Positions 1 through 10,678 of a DNA stretch of 64,000 nucleotides are shown here, piece by piece. The translations under genes were made by a program, and so were the position numbers. Source of the DNA: Microcoleaceae cyanobacterium (GTDB lineage Bacteria; Cyanobacteriota; Cyanobacteriia; Cyanobacteriales; Microcoleaceae); contig JBOFUV010000034.1 in the NCBI GenBank assembly GCA_051652765.1, forward strand, positions 128,001 to 192,000, read 5' to 3'. Position 1 is the first letter of the stretch. Each line of letters begins with the position of its first letter. The notes beneath the pieces were generated by a model, which made no database searches, was not told the DNA's origin, and saw only the letters and a list, made by a program, of their open reading frames with translations.

Positions 1-152
1 CCTTTGCGATTCGCAGCAACCCTGGCAGAAATTCCCTGGGGGCGCAAATAGCGATTGAGTAAATGACCAATGGCTCGAAAGTCACCTGTCCGGGCCAACT
101 CAAGTAATGATGAGATCGATGAAGGCTGAGCTAAGGTCTCCGCATACACCAT
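1..152 (-). CDS. 5' end of a gene running off the window (cyanobacterial N-terminal domain, product uncertain)
   Basis: ATG at 152-150; open frame MVYAETLAQPSSISSLLELARTGDFRAIGHLLNRYLRPQGISARV to the window edge. Confidence 0.6.
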   Translation of the reverse strand, partial: MVYAETLAQPSSISSLLELARTGDFRAIGHLLNRYLRPQGISARVAANRK

Positions 153-360
153 ACAACCACGTTCCTCTGTACCTTCTGAAATTATTGCAAGTCTTACTGC
201 TGTGTCAGTTTACTCCAGGGACAAGGCGGAAGTAAATACCAGATCCATTTCAGTAAACAATCAGATAGAATTAAGAGTATGTAAAATCTACACCGCACCC
301 CCTAACTTAACGGTTAGATCGCCTCTGGTAGTCAGTAAACCCCCTAGAGTGATGCTAAAT

Positions 361-672
361 ATGCTACATCGCAAGGTATATCAACTGTGTTGTGATGGTC
401 GTGAGGTTTGTATCTTCTTGCGAGACCAACAGCGCTGGATCGAGAAAGCTCGTATCTTGGACATAGAAGGGGATTTAGTGACGTTGCGCTACGAGACAGA
501 AGAAGACGATGAAGTCTCCTCCTGGGAAGAGATGGTGCGCTTAGAAAGTATCGGAGCAATTAGTCAAAAGTTAGCCTCAGTTCCTAGGGGATACTTTGAG
601 ATTCAGGTATCTGACGACTGCCCTGAGGCAGAACAGATTCACAATCCTTCTTCTGACAAAAATCAGGACTAA
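361..672 (+). CDS. conserved cyanobacterial protein (DUF6679-like)
   Basis: MLHRKVYQLCCDGREVCIFLRDQQRWIE...SWEEMVRLESIGA; ATG at 361 preferred over the upstream GTG. Confidence 0.75.
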   Translation: MLHRKVYQLCCDGREVCIFLRDQQRWIEKARILDIEGDLVTLRYETEEDDEVSSWEEMVRLESIGAISQKLASVPRGYFEIQVSDDCPEAEQIHNPSSDKNQD

Positions 673-691
673 CTTTGCTGGGCCTACTGTT

Positions 692-2308
692 TTACTCCAG
701 TTTCTCGGTTTCTCGATACTCAAACACAGGGCAGTAGCCGTCTAGGGTTACCCTGTAGGTATAGAGAGCCGAACCAGGGTTCCAACACCGAGAGCTGCGA
801 TAGTGATGACAGTTTCCACAGCATTCTAGCTCCGGTGCTGGAAGGCCATCTCCACTTTGACTAATCAGTTCCCGCTGAGAAATACCCCGCAAAACCAGTT
901 CCTCTCCTTGCCAACGGGCTTCGACTAAGCCTGTATCGGCAAGGCTTTGCCAGCGTGGATCAGTAATGATGGTGTTGGGAAGCAGGATATTAATCTCTGA
1001 AGTATGCTCCGTTAACTCTCCAGAATAGTAGGTTTCTGGGAGCGGAGGTTGCAGAAATATTTCTCCAAGGGGCAGTTCGACTAAGGTTCCAACCACTGGG
1101 GAATGAAGTTGATATCGATTGCGAAGTTCTTCAAGATTGGTCAAATCTGCAAGATAGAGCGGAGAACCGTGAACAAAAATTACATGCTGGGGTCGAATAT
1201 TGTGGATGAATTGGGTTGTACCCACCCCATCACAATGTTCAGAGAGGAAATAGGTTTCAGTCCGAACGGTTTCAGCTTGAACGGCTTCAGTCCAAGCATT
1301 CAAATCTAGCTTAAGCCCTGGATGTTCAGGCAACAGAGCGATCCAGTCTCCATTAAACCCTGGAATATACTGGCTTAAGTTCGCTGTTTTATCGGTCAGA
1401 ATAATACAAGGCGAGGAGTGGCTCTGTTGTGGCCCTGGGTAGCGACGTACCCTCGGACGAATGCGCTCATCCCAGAATAGCGGTTGATGTTGGGCAAAAT
1501 TCTGAACACTATCCGGAAAGTGGGGCAAGAGATCCAGATAGCGATCGCACCCCTGAGCCACAGTACCATCCACCCAGATATCCACATCCTGACCTGTAAA
1601 GTAGTGGTGACTCCGGAGCAACATTAGCAACTCCTGACCCAAGCCCAATGCCGGGGTTGGCAGCAGGATAGAGCAACCGGACGTAATCCCTTGACAAATT
1701 CGCTCTGCCAACTGATTTTCCAATTGCCGCCGATGGGGATGGCGTGCCGTTCCATAACTGCCTTCAACAATCAGAACATCGGGCTTGAGACCCCGTAAGC
1801 TTCCCAGGGGCAACCCTTCAACCAAGCGGGAATTGGAGAGAAAAAAATCTCCCGTGTAGAACAGAGTGTAGAACCGTTCTCCGGCAATGTATTTCAGTAA
1901 AAGGGCTGCGGCTCCCGGCAGATGACCTGCTGGAAACAGGGTAATACTGAGTCCCGGCTGAACTTCAACCTCGGACTGCCAAGGCAACGTTCGACAAAAT
2001 GCCAAGATCTGCTCTGGCGAAACTTCTGGCCAGTTTAGGGCCAACAGGTGAGCTGTGACTATACTCGTGTAAATCGGAATTTTGGGAAAGGTTTGGTGAA
2101 ATGAAAGTAATCCTCTCGCATGGTCAGCGTGAGCATGACTACAAAACACAAGGTCAGCAGGCTGCGATCGCATCAGATCAACGGTGAGTTCGGATAGATC
2201 CAGCAAGCCACAGTCCAGTAAGATCCGATAAGTGCCCATCCTCACTAACAAGCAGATGCCCTCGTTACCATGGCCAACCCCATAGGAGAAGCAGTCTAGA
2301 TTAGTCAC
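692..2308 (-). CDS. MBL-fold metallo-hydrolase, beta-CASP-type nuclease
   Basis: LLDCG, SHAHADH, AGHLPGA, YTGDF, VEGSYG, SEHCD and VHG motifs; C-terminal Cys cluster. Confidence 0.85.
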   Translation of the reverse strand: MTNLDCFSYGVGHGNEGICLLVRMGTYRILLDCGLLDLSELTVDLMRSQPADLVFCSHAHADHARGLLSFHQTFPKIPIYTSIVTAHLLALNWPEVSPEQILAFCRTLPWQSEVEVQPGLSITLFPAGHLPGAAALLLKYIAGERFYTLFYTGDFFLSNSRLVEGLPLGSLRGLKPDVLIVEGSYGTARHPHRRQLENQLAERICQGITSGCSILLPTPALGLGQELLMLLRSHHYFTGQDVDIWVDGTVAQGCDRYLDLLPHFPDSVQNFAQHQPLFWDERIRPRVRRYPGPQQSHSSPCIILTDKTANLSQYIPGFNGDWIALLPEHPGLKLDLNAWTEAVQAETVRTETYFLSEHCDGVGTTQFIHNIRPQHVIFVHGSPLYLADLTNLEELRNRYQLHSPVVGTLVELPLGEIFLQPPLPETYYSGELTEHTSEINILLPNTIITDPRWQSLADTGLVEARWQGEELVLRGISQRELISQSGDGLPAPELECCGNCHHYRSSRCWNPGSALYTYRVTLDGYCPVFEYRETEKLE

Positions 2309-2414
2309 AGGGATTTACTCTAGAGGGTAAGATTGTAGTTAAATTTTAGGTTCGGGTAAGAACTTTTCTTAGAAAATGTTGAGAATCGTATCATAAGTGA
2401 GAGGGCAAATTCAA

Positions 2415-2987
2415 ATGACCGCAATTCCTCAATTTCAAGCTTTTTTTGACCACTGTGTCGGACAATGGGCCACCGAACGCACTTACCACTATCTCATGGA
2501 ACAGGAGGTAGAGCGATCGCACACGGACTTTGTGATTCAAACGATTGATGTAGACCGCAAAGCGAAAGTTTTAGAAGACAATCAACGGTCTACTGATCTG
2601 GATTTAGAGAGTTTGCCGGGATATCAACTCGCTTTTCAGACAGTGTCTGAACATGGCGATCAGGTTTCTCAACAGTTGAACCTTCTGTTTGTCCCTAAAA
2701 TCGTTGAACTCTCTTGGCTTGAAGGAGACTATCTTCGGGACAAAGCCTATGAAGAAGCAAAGCCCATGGTGTCTCATTTTCATTACGATATCAACACTCG
2801 GGAATTGTTAATGACCACAACCTATACGCGAGTGATTGCCATTGATTCAATCACCTTAATTAACCCAACCCTACGAATTCGCAAAATTCTGAATTATCTA
2901 CGCCCTGAAGATAATCAGCCTTTAGAAACAGTTTTGCTCGCTGGATTTGGCGTAGAACAGAAGCAGCCAGCACCATCACTTTCCTAA
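2415..2987 (+). CDS. phycobiliprotein lyase, CpcS/CpeS family
   Basis: FFDHCVGQWATERTYHYL start and NPTLRIR...AGFGVEQK end, typical of S-type lyases. Confidence 0.8.
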   Translation: MTAIPQFQAFFDHCVGQWATERTYHYLMEQEVERSHTDFVIQTIDVDRKAKVLEDNQRSTDLDLESLPGYQLAFQTVSEHGDQVSQQLNLLFVPKIVELSWLEGDYLRDKAYEEAKPMVSHFHYDINTRELLMTTTYTRVIAIDSITLINPTLRIRKILNYLRPEDNQPLETVLLAGFGVEQKQPAPSLS

Positions 2988-3192
2988 TCAATTTCCTAAC
3001 GTTCTGCCTGTGTTGTCATTGGCTTTTGCGGCTTTTTCCCTGTTCACTGTTCACAAAGAGGGTGAGCAGGGATGGGCTCGACTTACAGCAGTTCTAAGCC
3101 ATCAAACTGAGGATTATGGCAACAGATTCATGAGGATTAAATTGCTTCTGAACGAGATTGGATATTCCTTAACTCAAGACCCAACTCAACCC

Positions 3193-3975
3193 TTAGCTTG
3201 AGGCACTGGTATAAAACCGAAGCGCAAATCTCCAAAGCTGTGACGAGAGCCAGAACAGCAAGATTGCCAACCCGGCGGCGGCTACAATCCAGGGAGCGGT
3301 GGCTCTCCCCAGAAATGTTTCAGCGGGAACGGTTGTTAGAAATGCCACAGGCACAATGAAAGTGAAGAAAAACCGATAGGCAACGGGATAGGCCGCCATT
3401 GGAAAACGACCTGCGTCTAATAACCCTCTCAAGACTTCAGTCACATTGTAAATTTTGACAAACCAAATACTCATCGCCCCCAGCATAAACCAAAGGCTAT
3501 AGAGAATTGTCATGCCAAATAGTATGGGGATTAAACTAGCAATATAACGAGTGATGTCTAACCCCAATTGATGCCCCGCATAGCCGAGAATAACACTTCC
3601 AAATATCAAGTCCGGCAGTCCCCAAGGAGAAATAGCCCGAGTTGAAAGCCAGAACTGACTACTAATCGGCTTTAATAAAATAAAATCCAAAGTTCCTTGT
3701 TGCACATGCTCCACAATTCGATTCAGATTTGGCGCTAAAAATGTTGCTGAAAATCCTTGTAAGATTGTAAAAATCCCCAGAATTGTCATGGCTTCCGGCC
3801 AACTCCACTGATCGAATTCATAGCCTGTACGATAGAACAGAAATAGCCCAAAAATACTGCCAATCAAGTTGCCTAAGCTGCTCAACAGGGCAAAAATGAA
3901 ATTGATTCGATATTCAAGTTCGGCGGCGATCGCCGTTCCCCAAAATAAACGGAGAATGCCAAAGTAGCGTTGCAT
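3193..3975 (-). CDS. ABC-2 family transporter permease (DUF990 type)
   Basis: ELEYRINF, GTLDFILLKPISSQF and GRFPMAAYP motifs; multiple TM helices. Confidence 0.85.
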   Translation of the reverse strand: MQRYFGILRLFWGTAIAAELEYRINFIFALLSSLGNLIGSIFGLFLFYRTGYEFDQWSWPEAMTILGIFTILQGFSATFLAPNLNRIVEHVQQGTLDFILLKPISSQFWLSTRAISPWGLPDLIFGSVILGYAGHQLGLDITRYIASLIPILFGMTILYSLWFMLGAMSIWFVKIYNVTEVLRGLLDAGRFPMAAYPVAYRFFFTFIVPVAFLTTVPAETFLGRATAPWIVAAAGLAILLFWLSSQLWRFALRFYTSASS

Positions 3976-3978
3976 AAC

Positions 3979-4491
3979 TTAGCCTGGAATTAGCGTGCCC
4001 ACAATCCTAACAACAACTGCAAAAACTGCAACACTCAGCACAGCGACTAAAAGAATCAGCAGAACCAATCCACTCACCAGCAAGAAAATAAATCCCCGAT
4101 CTGCCTTTTGACCTGCTTGAGGAGAATCGACATGGGCTTCTAACATCTCAACATTTCTAACATTGGCTTTCCAAGCTACATCAAACATATCTCCAAAGAC
4201 GGGAACTGTTCCAACCAGGGTTTCCGTTACGATATTGGAAGCCATGCGGACTAACGTTTCCTTGGGAACGTCAAGCTGAAAAGCCTTGAAGACGATATAA
4301 GTTGAGAGCGCACCCCCAATCATATCTCCTCCCCCCGGAATCAAGCCAATAATCGGGTCTATCCCAACGCCATGGGACGTTCCCGGTACTCGAATCAGGT
4401 TATCGAGTAAGTTACTAAGCTGTCGCAGTTGCTTAACGGTAGCAGCCCTAGCAGCAGGAGTAATTGAGGAGATGGATCTAGGAGAAGGCAT
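3979..4491 (-). CDS. DUF4112 membrane protein
   Basis: LLDNLIRVPG...GIDPIIGLIPGGGD...VPVFGDMFDVAWKANVRN. Confidence 0.85.
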   Translation of the reverse strand: MPSPRSISSITPAARAATVKQLRQLSNLLDNLIRVPGTSHGVGIDPIIGLIPGGGDMIGGALSTYIVFKAFQLDVPKETLVRMASNIVTETLVGTVPVFGDMFDVAWKANVRNVEMLEAHVDSPQAGQKADRGFIFLLVSGLVLLILLVAVLSVAVFAVVVRIVGTLIPG

Positions 4492-4811
4492 AGGAAAATA
4501 AGATTTCTGTCCAAACGTCAACCTTGAATTCCTTGTATTCTACAGTCCAAACCCATCAACCAAACTGACAATCCTGAGTGTTCACCTTAAAAGTTCACCT
4601 TAAAACTTGTTGTCGCCCCTGTCATTGTCTGTTTCAGTTGCACTTATTTAAATCAGTCAGGGAGATCTCAGTCACTCAAGTCCTCTTGTTCCAGGAGGAT
4701 TTTGGGCGATCGCTCGACATCACCGTTGAACAAAAACTACAGTAGGCAATTCTGCGATCGCCCTTGCCCAGTTGTAACGTTTTCTGAATTGCTAAAGTTC
4801 TGCTGGAAGTG

Positions 4812-4841
4812 TTGACAAAAGGATGTATCGTTAGCTAGAGT
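4812..4841 (+). promoter_or_regulatory. sigma70-type promoter of Yfr2
   Basis: TTGACA (4812-4817), 18-nt spacer, TAGAGT (4836-4841) just before the Yfr2 5' motif. Confidence 0.6.
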
Positions 4842-4846
4842 TATGA

Positions 4847-4912
4847 GTGTGTGAGGAGCGAACCAGAGAGGACACCGAGACGAAACACGGCCAGTCGTCG
4901 GTGTCCTTCCTG
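4847..4912 (+). ncRNA. yfr2: Yfr2-family small RNA
   Basis: 5' GTGTGAGGAG motif, then hairpin AGGACACCGA-GAC / GTC-G-TCGGTGTCCT with loop GAAACACGGCCA; both are Yfr2 hallmarks. Confidence 0.8.
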
Positions 4913-5078
4913 AAGAAAGAAAGTTTTCCCTCCCGAAGAATAGATTTCAAAGTAAATTTTGCGGTATGGTGTGAGTCTGCTGAACAACTGAGTTCATTAG
5001 GTGCTTTGACACCATAAAGCTCTACATTGATAAACTGTTCATTTGCTGTGTTAGAAAAATCACTCTCCGGTACGTAGG

Positions 5079-6203
5079 ATGGCCAGTTATTTTGCAACGG
5101 TGGCACGGGGGTTGGAGTTAGTTGCAGCAGCAGAGCTTGAACGGTTAGAAGCGGAGAATATTCAACCTGATTTTGCTGGGGTTCACTTTACAGGAAATCG
5201 AACCTTACTCTACCGGGTAAATCTTTGGGCAAGGACATTGTTTCGGGTACTGGTTCCCATTCATCAATTTTCCTGCTCTGATGCTCAACAGCTTTATCAG
5301 GCTGTTCAGGAGATTGAGTGGCAGGAGTATTTGACCCCAGACATGACGTTTGCAGTGGATTGCACTGGAAGCAATGCTGGATTGAATCACACTCACTTCA
5401 CAGCCCTGCAAGTTAAAAATGCCATCGTTGACCAACAACGCCAGAAATGGGGTGAGCGCTCAGATATCGACCCAAAAACCCCAGGGATTTTGATCAATCT
5501 TCACATTCATCACGATCAGGGAATCTTAAGCTTAGATAGTTCAGGGGCTAGTCTTCATCGTCGGGGATACCGACCTGCAGTGGGCCAAGCTCCCTTGAAG
5601 GAAACTTTGGCTGCTGCCCTCTTGGACTTGGCTGAGTGGAACCCTAACTTGCCCTTCTTAGACCCTATGTGTGGTTCAGGGACGTTGCCCCTCGAAGCCA
5701 GTTTGAAAGCGTTAAACATTGCGCCAGGTGTATTTCGTGAGCGTTTTGGGTTTATGACTTGGTTAGATTTTGACCCGGATCTTTGGCAGCAGTTGTACCA
5801 GCAGGCTGAGGCGGGGGAACAGTCAGAGCTTCCAACCCCCATTGTCGGCTGTGATCGCGATCCAGAGATGTTAGCCCAAGCTCGGTTTAATGCAGAACAG
5901 TGCGGCGTTTCTGATCAGCTAAAATTTTTCCAACAGGAGTTGACCACGTTAGAAGCACCAACCGATCAGGGCATCCTGATTTGCAATCCACCCTACGGAG
6001 AACGGCTAGGAGATGCGAAAGAATTGGGAAGTTTGTACAAACTCTTGGGCGATACGTTTAAACAACGATTTAAAGGGTGGACGGCTTTTGTTTTAACCGG
6101 AAATAAAACCTTAGCAAAACAAGTTGGACTCCGAACCGCCCAGCGGATTCCCGTCTACAATGGCGCATTACCCTGCACCCTGTTGAAGTATGAACTGTAT
6201 TAG
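5079..6203 (+). CDS. THUMP-domain RNA methyltransferase (RlmL-like)
   Basis: SLHRRGYR, APLKETLAAA, DPMCGSGT and NPPYGER motifs. Confidence 0.9.
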   Translation: MASYFATVARGLELVAAAELERLEAENIQPDFAGVHFTGNRTLLYRVNLWARTLFRVLVPIHQFSCSDAQQLYQAVQEIEWQEYLTPDMTFAVDCTGSNAGLNHTHFTALQVKNAIVDQQRQKWGERSDIDPKTPGILINLHIHHDQGILSLDSSGASLHRRGYRPAVGQAPLKETLAAALLDLAEWNPNLPFLDPMCGSGTLPLEASLKALNIAPGVFRERFGFMTWLDFDPDLWQQLYQQAEAGEQSELPTPIVGCDRDPEMLAQARFNAEQCGVSDQLKFFQQELTTLEAPTDQGILICNPPYGERLGDAKELGSLYKLLGDTFKQRFKGWTAFVLTGNKTLAKQVGLRTAQRIPVYNGALPCTLLKYELY

Positions 6204-6302
6204 AAGATCCTTTGCTCTGCTTAGCTTCAGTTGAATCCAAGTCTCATCAGCCTTAGTATTAAGAAACATTACTCAAACACACAACTCAACTCCTGAATTC
6301 CT

Positions 6303-6563
6303 ATGGCTACTCAAATTGAGATTTATACCTGGAGTACCTGTCCTTTCTGCATCCGAGCTAAGGCGCTTTTGAACCAGAAAGGGGTAAGCTTCACTGAATA
6401 TGTCATTGATGGAGATGAAAACGCCCGTGAGAAAATGGCCCAACGAGCCAATGGTCGTCGCTCTGTCCCCCAAGTCTTCATTGATGACCACCACATTGGC
6501 GGTTGTGACGATCTCTATGATTTAAACGCTCAAGGTAAGCTTGATCCACTGTTAGCGGCTTAA
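6303..6563 (+). CDS. grxC: glutaredoxin 3
   Basis: CPFC active site, SVPQVFI, IGGCDDL. Confidence 0.95.
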   Translation: MATQIEIYTWSTCPFCIRAKALLNQKGVSFTEYVIDGDENAREKMAQRANGRRSVPQVFIDDHHIGGCDDLYDLNAQGKLDPLLAA

Positions 6564-6785
6564 ATTCAGTCAATTAAGCTGTATGTTAAAAATTGTGAAT
6601 TAAATATTGTGAATTAAATTTGGACAGATCAAGTTCTGAAGGTCGGGTTTAAACGCAACAGGTAATATACAGGAATTGGAGAACTAGGGAATGACTCTTT
6701 GAGAAGTCCCTAGTTCTAGTGGAGAGCAAGTGTATAACTCCCAAATCCATTAAAAATTCACCAAAAATCAGTACCAAAAATCAGA

Positions 6786-7766
6786 ATGAAATTTGCCTTT
6801 ATTGTTGACCCCATTGAAACGTTAAATCCCAGCCATGACAGTAGTGTTGCCCTGATGGAAGCTGCCCATAAATTGGGTCATGATGTTTGGGTGACCCAAA
6901 TTTATCAACTCACGGTCATTCAAGGGAAAGCTTGGTCAACTTTAACTCCGATTGATCTGACTCCGATTGAACGAGAGGGCGATCGCTGGCGGGTGATTCA
7001 ACCCTGGTTTTCTCTGGGTGAACCGACCTTTCAAGCCTTAGAAACTATGGATGCAGTGTTCATGCGACCCGATCCTCCTGTTACCGTTCCTTATCTCTAC
7101 GCCACTTACTTGCTGGATTATGTCAACCCCGAGAAAACCTGGGTGATCAACTCTCCCCAGGGCATTCGGGCCGCCAATGAAAAAATGTATGCCCTACAAT
7201 TTACGGCTGTTATTCCAGAAACTATTGTCAGCCAAAATAAGCAAGTGATTCGAGACTTTGTTGAACAAAAAGGAGCCGCTGTCCTCAAACCATTGGGTGG
7301 TAAAGGGGGGGAGGGAATTTTATTTTTAGAACCCGGCGATCGCAACTTAAATTCATTAGTTGAAGTTAGTACTCGGCAAGGATCAGAACCTGTGATGATC
7401 CAAACCTATTTGCCGGAAGCCAAGGATGGCGATAAGCGGATTATTTTATTGAATGGGAAACCGATTGGGGCGGTAAATCGTATCCCCACAGGCAAAGAGT
7501 TTCGAGGGAATATGGCCGTTGGCGGACGAGTAGCTCAGACCCATATTACTGAACGGGAGCTGGAAATCTGTGCAACGGTGGCTCCGGCCCTGCAAAAAGA
7601 TGGCTTATATTTTGTGGGCATTGACGTGATTGGAGGCTATCTGACGGAGGTCAATGTCACCAGTCCCACGGGCATCCGCGAGATTGACTTGTTGGATCAA
7701 ACCGATTTGGGTCAGACGGTCATGCAGTGGATTGCAGGACTTCCAACCAATCCTGGCCAATCATGA
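6786..7766 (+). CDS. gshB: glutathione synthetase
   Basis: MRPDPP, ANEK, GDKRI, FRGNMAVGG, EVNVTSPTG; follows grxC. Confidence 0.95.
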   Translation: MKFAFIVDPIETLNPSHDSSVALMEAAHKLGHDVWVTQIYQLTVIQGKAWSTLTPIDLTPIEREGDRWRVIQPWFSLGEPTFQALETMDAVFMRPDPPVTVPYLYATYLLDYVNPEKTWVINSPQGIRAANEKMYALQFTAVIPETIVSQNKQVIRDFVEQKGAAVLKPLGGKGGEGILFLEPGDRNLNSLVEVSTRQGSEPVMIQTYLPEAKDGDKRIILLNGKPIGAVNRIPTGKEFRGNMAVGGRVAQTHITERELEICATVAPALQKDGLYFVGIDVIGGYLTEVNVTSPTGIREIDLLDQTDLGQTVMQWIAGLPTNPGQS

Positions 7767-8471
7767 CCGCCCAACAATTTTCAGGCCATCTTTGTAGTGG
7801 GCAATGGCGGTGATGATGGCGATCGCAAAGTAGAACAACCGAATTCCCCAAAAGCAAATGCCCATGAGGATCGTGACTAGGGCTGGAGGAATCCCACTAA
7901 CCTTAACAAACCTGGAATTCACCTGTTTTTGGAGTTTTTCCAAATCTTGCATTTGTTCGGCGCGGGTGGGAATCATTGGAAATTGCCCCGTATAGAGATA
8001 GAATCCAAACACTCCACCATGGCCCATTTGCTGCTCCAAAAATGAATCTGCCAGGTCAATGGCTTGAGGTTTTGGCAATCCATCATCTTCAACAATATCC
8101 CCAATCCAAAGGTCATATTTGACAATCTGGGACACGGCAATAATGAAGGGAATCGAAGCGATCAAGAATGCGGTGCTGATTTTTTGTCCCGCTTCACTGG
8201 GTAATAATCCCGTCGTTAATCCAAACCCCATCCCAACAATGGCAAAGACGAGTAAGTTGATTAAATCAATCAGCTCCAAGCCCCGGAGTAAATCTCCAAA
8301 GATAAAGATGGGATACAAGTAATGGTGAGCTAATACCAGGGCAGAGACCTTCATTGCTAGGGCGATCGCCACAATAATTGCCGCACAAGCAACAAAAGCA
8401 ATGGCACTAATGATGTAGAGACCAAATCGTCCTACCTTCTTGAAAACTGGCATTGAATTAGCATTCATCAT
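7761..8471 (-). CDS. hypothetical membrane protein
   Basis: 236-aa ORF with several hydrophobic helices, overlapping the tlyA stop. Confidence 0.6.
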   Translation of the reverse strand: MMNANSMPVFKKVGRFGLYIISAIAFVACAAIIVAIALAMKVSALVLAHHYLYPIFIFGDLLRGLELIDLINLLVFAIVGMGFGLTTGLLPSEAGQKISTAFLIASIPFIIAVSQIVKYDLWIGDIVEDDGLPKPQAIDLADSFLEQQMGHGGVFGFYLYTGQFPMIPTRAEQMQDLEKLQKQVNSRFVKVSGIPPALVTILMGICFWGIRLFYFAIAIITAIAHYKDGLKIVGRS

Positions 8472-9345
8472 GGTTAAGGGCCGTTTGGGTCAAGTCCTGC
8501 TGGGCGGCTTGGGTCACCGAGGTAATGGCTTCAAGGGCAGGGAAAGATTGACCTGTTATTCCCAGCCACAAAAGATATTCAATATTTCCTGCGGGGCCTA
8601 GGAGTGGCGACCAGGTTAATCCTTGATACTGCCACCCCAATGCTTCAGCCCCACAACCCACTTGAAAAATTGCCTGAGCGTGATCAGCCGGATTTCGAAC
8701 AACTCCCTTTTTCCCCACCCGTTCTCTTCCCACCTCAAACTGAGGTTTGACGAGCAAAATCAACTCACGCGGGGACTGGAGCAACGACCAAAGTGCCGCA
8801 AGAACTTTTGTTAGGGAAATGAAAGACACGTCAACAACCCCTAGGTTTGCATATCTGCACCCAGTATTATCTGCGGTTGAATTCTTGGCAAGGGGATCAA
8901 ATTCGCCATCCTCAAACTCACCATAGAGCTGTTCTGGGGTGAGGTAGCGTAAATTCGTGCGTTCCTTCAAAATCACCCGTTCATCGTTTCGCAATCCCCA
9001 ATCCACTTGGCCATACCCAACGTCAATGCCATATACCCGCTCTGCCCCTGCCTGTAGCAAACAATCCGTAAAGCCTCCAGTTGAAATACCGCCATCCAGA
9101 CAAACTCTACCGACCACAGAAATCTGGAATACCTTAAGGGCCTTTGCTAATTTCTCTCCCCCTCTGGACACATAGGGCGATCGCGCCTTGACTTCAATCT
9201 CGGCATTCGGGTCAATTAGAGTACCGGGTTTGTCCAGCCGCTGGTGATTCACTTTGACAACCCCCGCTTGAATCAACCGTTGTGCCTGTTGACGGGAATT
9301 ACATAAATTGCGCTCAACTAGAACCACATCTAATCGTTGTTTCAC
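8458..9345 (-). CDS. tlyA: TlyA-family rRNA methyltransferase
   Basis: S4 domain start KQRLDVVL, YVSRGGEKL, STGGFTD, DVSFISL, LVKPQFE, GNIEYL. Confidence 0.92.
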   Translation of the reverse strand: MKQRLDVVLVERNLCNSRQQAQRLIQAGVVKVNHQRLDKPGTLIDPNAEIEVKARSPYVSRGGEKLAKALKVFQISVVGRVCLDGGISTGGFTDCLLQAGAERVYGIDVGYGQVDWGLRNDERVILKERTNLRYLTPEQLYGEFEDGEFDPLAKNSTADNTGCRYANLGVVDVSFISLTKVLAALWSLLQSPRELILLVKPQFEVGRERVGKKGVVRNPADHAQAIFQVGCGAEALGWQYQGLTWSPLLGPAGNIEYLLWLGITGQSFPALEAITSVTQAAQQDLTQTALNHDEC

Positions 9346-9814
9346 ATTTCACAGAGTTGTTTCACGAAGGTTAAAACTGCTAAGAGTACCGTGAGTTCTG
9401 ATTCAGAAAAGGCAGGGGAAGGAATTAGTATTCTATGTTTAGTTTAGAAGAACTTGTTTGCAGCGTCGATAACTTTTGCCAGACCTTTGAACTGTAGCAG
9501 CGACAGCAACTCTTTAAAGCAGGGCTGCAAACTCGTGAGCGACTATAACAACTGAGTCTGAAGGAGACATAACGAGTCTGATGGCTTTCACTACGGACGC
9601 AGTCACTAACATGTGAGTACCAATTGGCGCTTTTCTACCGTTGCTGTGTTAATTTTGATGGGTAGGGGTGAGGTTGCCTCGCTCTTGTACAAAAGTCTAT
9701 TGCATCAAAAATCCCTTGAGGGTTCAGCCAAATCAACTTCTAGGCGCAACGGCTTGAATTAGAGAATGTTGGCCTGCATAATTTTAGTTAGAAGGTTTCA
9801 GCAATTTAACTGCG

Positions 9815-10564
9815 GTGGCTCAACAGACGAAACAACTGGAAAAATCTGCTCTACCCAGCTACATTGTCCATGTGAGTTTGAGAGCGAAGCATGTCCGTCT
9901 CAAGGTTTCTGTTGAGTATGGGGTAGAGGTTGTTGTCCCCCATGATTTTGATCATAGTCAAATTCCAGAAATTCTTCAGAAAAAACAGACTTGGTTGAAG
10001 GCGGCAAATGACAGAATTGCTCAGTATCGCCAGCTCTTTTTGACTGAATCATCGACTCAACTCCCGGAGTCAATTGCGTTACGAGCTTTAGATGAGGAGT
10101 GGACAGTTCGCTATCAAACAACCTCATCAGCTCGAATTTCAACGACGCAACAGTTCAGTTATCAGTTGACGGTGCAAGGGCTAGTTGAAGATGAGGCTGC
10201 CTGTCGATTGTCTCTCAGGCGATGGATGAGCCGAAAGGCCCAAGAACATTTGTTTCCTTGGTTACAGGAACTCAGTACTGCCCACAACTTATCATTCGAG
10301 AAAGCCTTGATTAGGGGCCAAAAAACGCGGTGGGCCAGTTGTTCTTGTTTAAAAACCATTAGCCTCAACTATAAACTGCTATTTTTACCCCCCCATTTGG
10401 TTCGTTATGTTCTGATTCATGAACTCAGCCATACCGTTCACCTCAATCACTCCAAACAGTTCTGGGCCTTTGTCGCAACCCTCGACCCCGATTACAAAGC
10501 ATCTGATCAAGAGCTAAAAGAGGCTTGGCGCTATGTACCCCTTTGGGTAGAACATTTGAAGTAG
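9815..10564 (+). CDS. M48/YgjP (DUF45) zinc metalloprotease-family protein
   Basis: QKTRWASCS, YVLIHELSH, NHSKQFW. Confidence 0.85.
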   Translation: MAQQTKQLEKSALPSYIVHVSLRAKHVRLKVSVEYGVEVVVPHDFDHSQIPEILQKKQTWLKAANDRIAQYRQLFLTESSTQLPESIALRALDEEWTVRYQTTSSARISTTQQFSYQLTVQGLVEDEAACRLSLRRWMSRKAQEHLFPWLQELSTAHNLSFEKALIRGQKTRWASCSCLKTISLNYKLLFLPPHLVRYVLIHELSHTVHLNHSKQFWAFVATLDPDYKASDQELKEAWRYVPLWVEHLK

Positions 10565-10678
10565 TGACTCAAAAACCCCCACGTCTAGATCAAGAATGAG
10601 GGCTTTTTGAATTGAAACAGTCAATTGAAACAGTCACTATAAACAATGCGTGCAGGAGGAGAATTATCTCTCTAGAGA

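Noticed and set aside
4831..5106. 91-aa minus ORF (also the 101-aa ORF at 33249..33554)
   Set aside because: They overlap the Yfr2 and IsaR1 RNAs in antisense; better explained as spurious.
9440..9612. Possible small minus-strand ORFs between tlyA and the M48 gene
   Set aside because: Frames are about 30 codons or fewer, with no recognisable motif.
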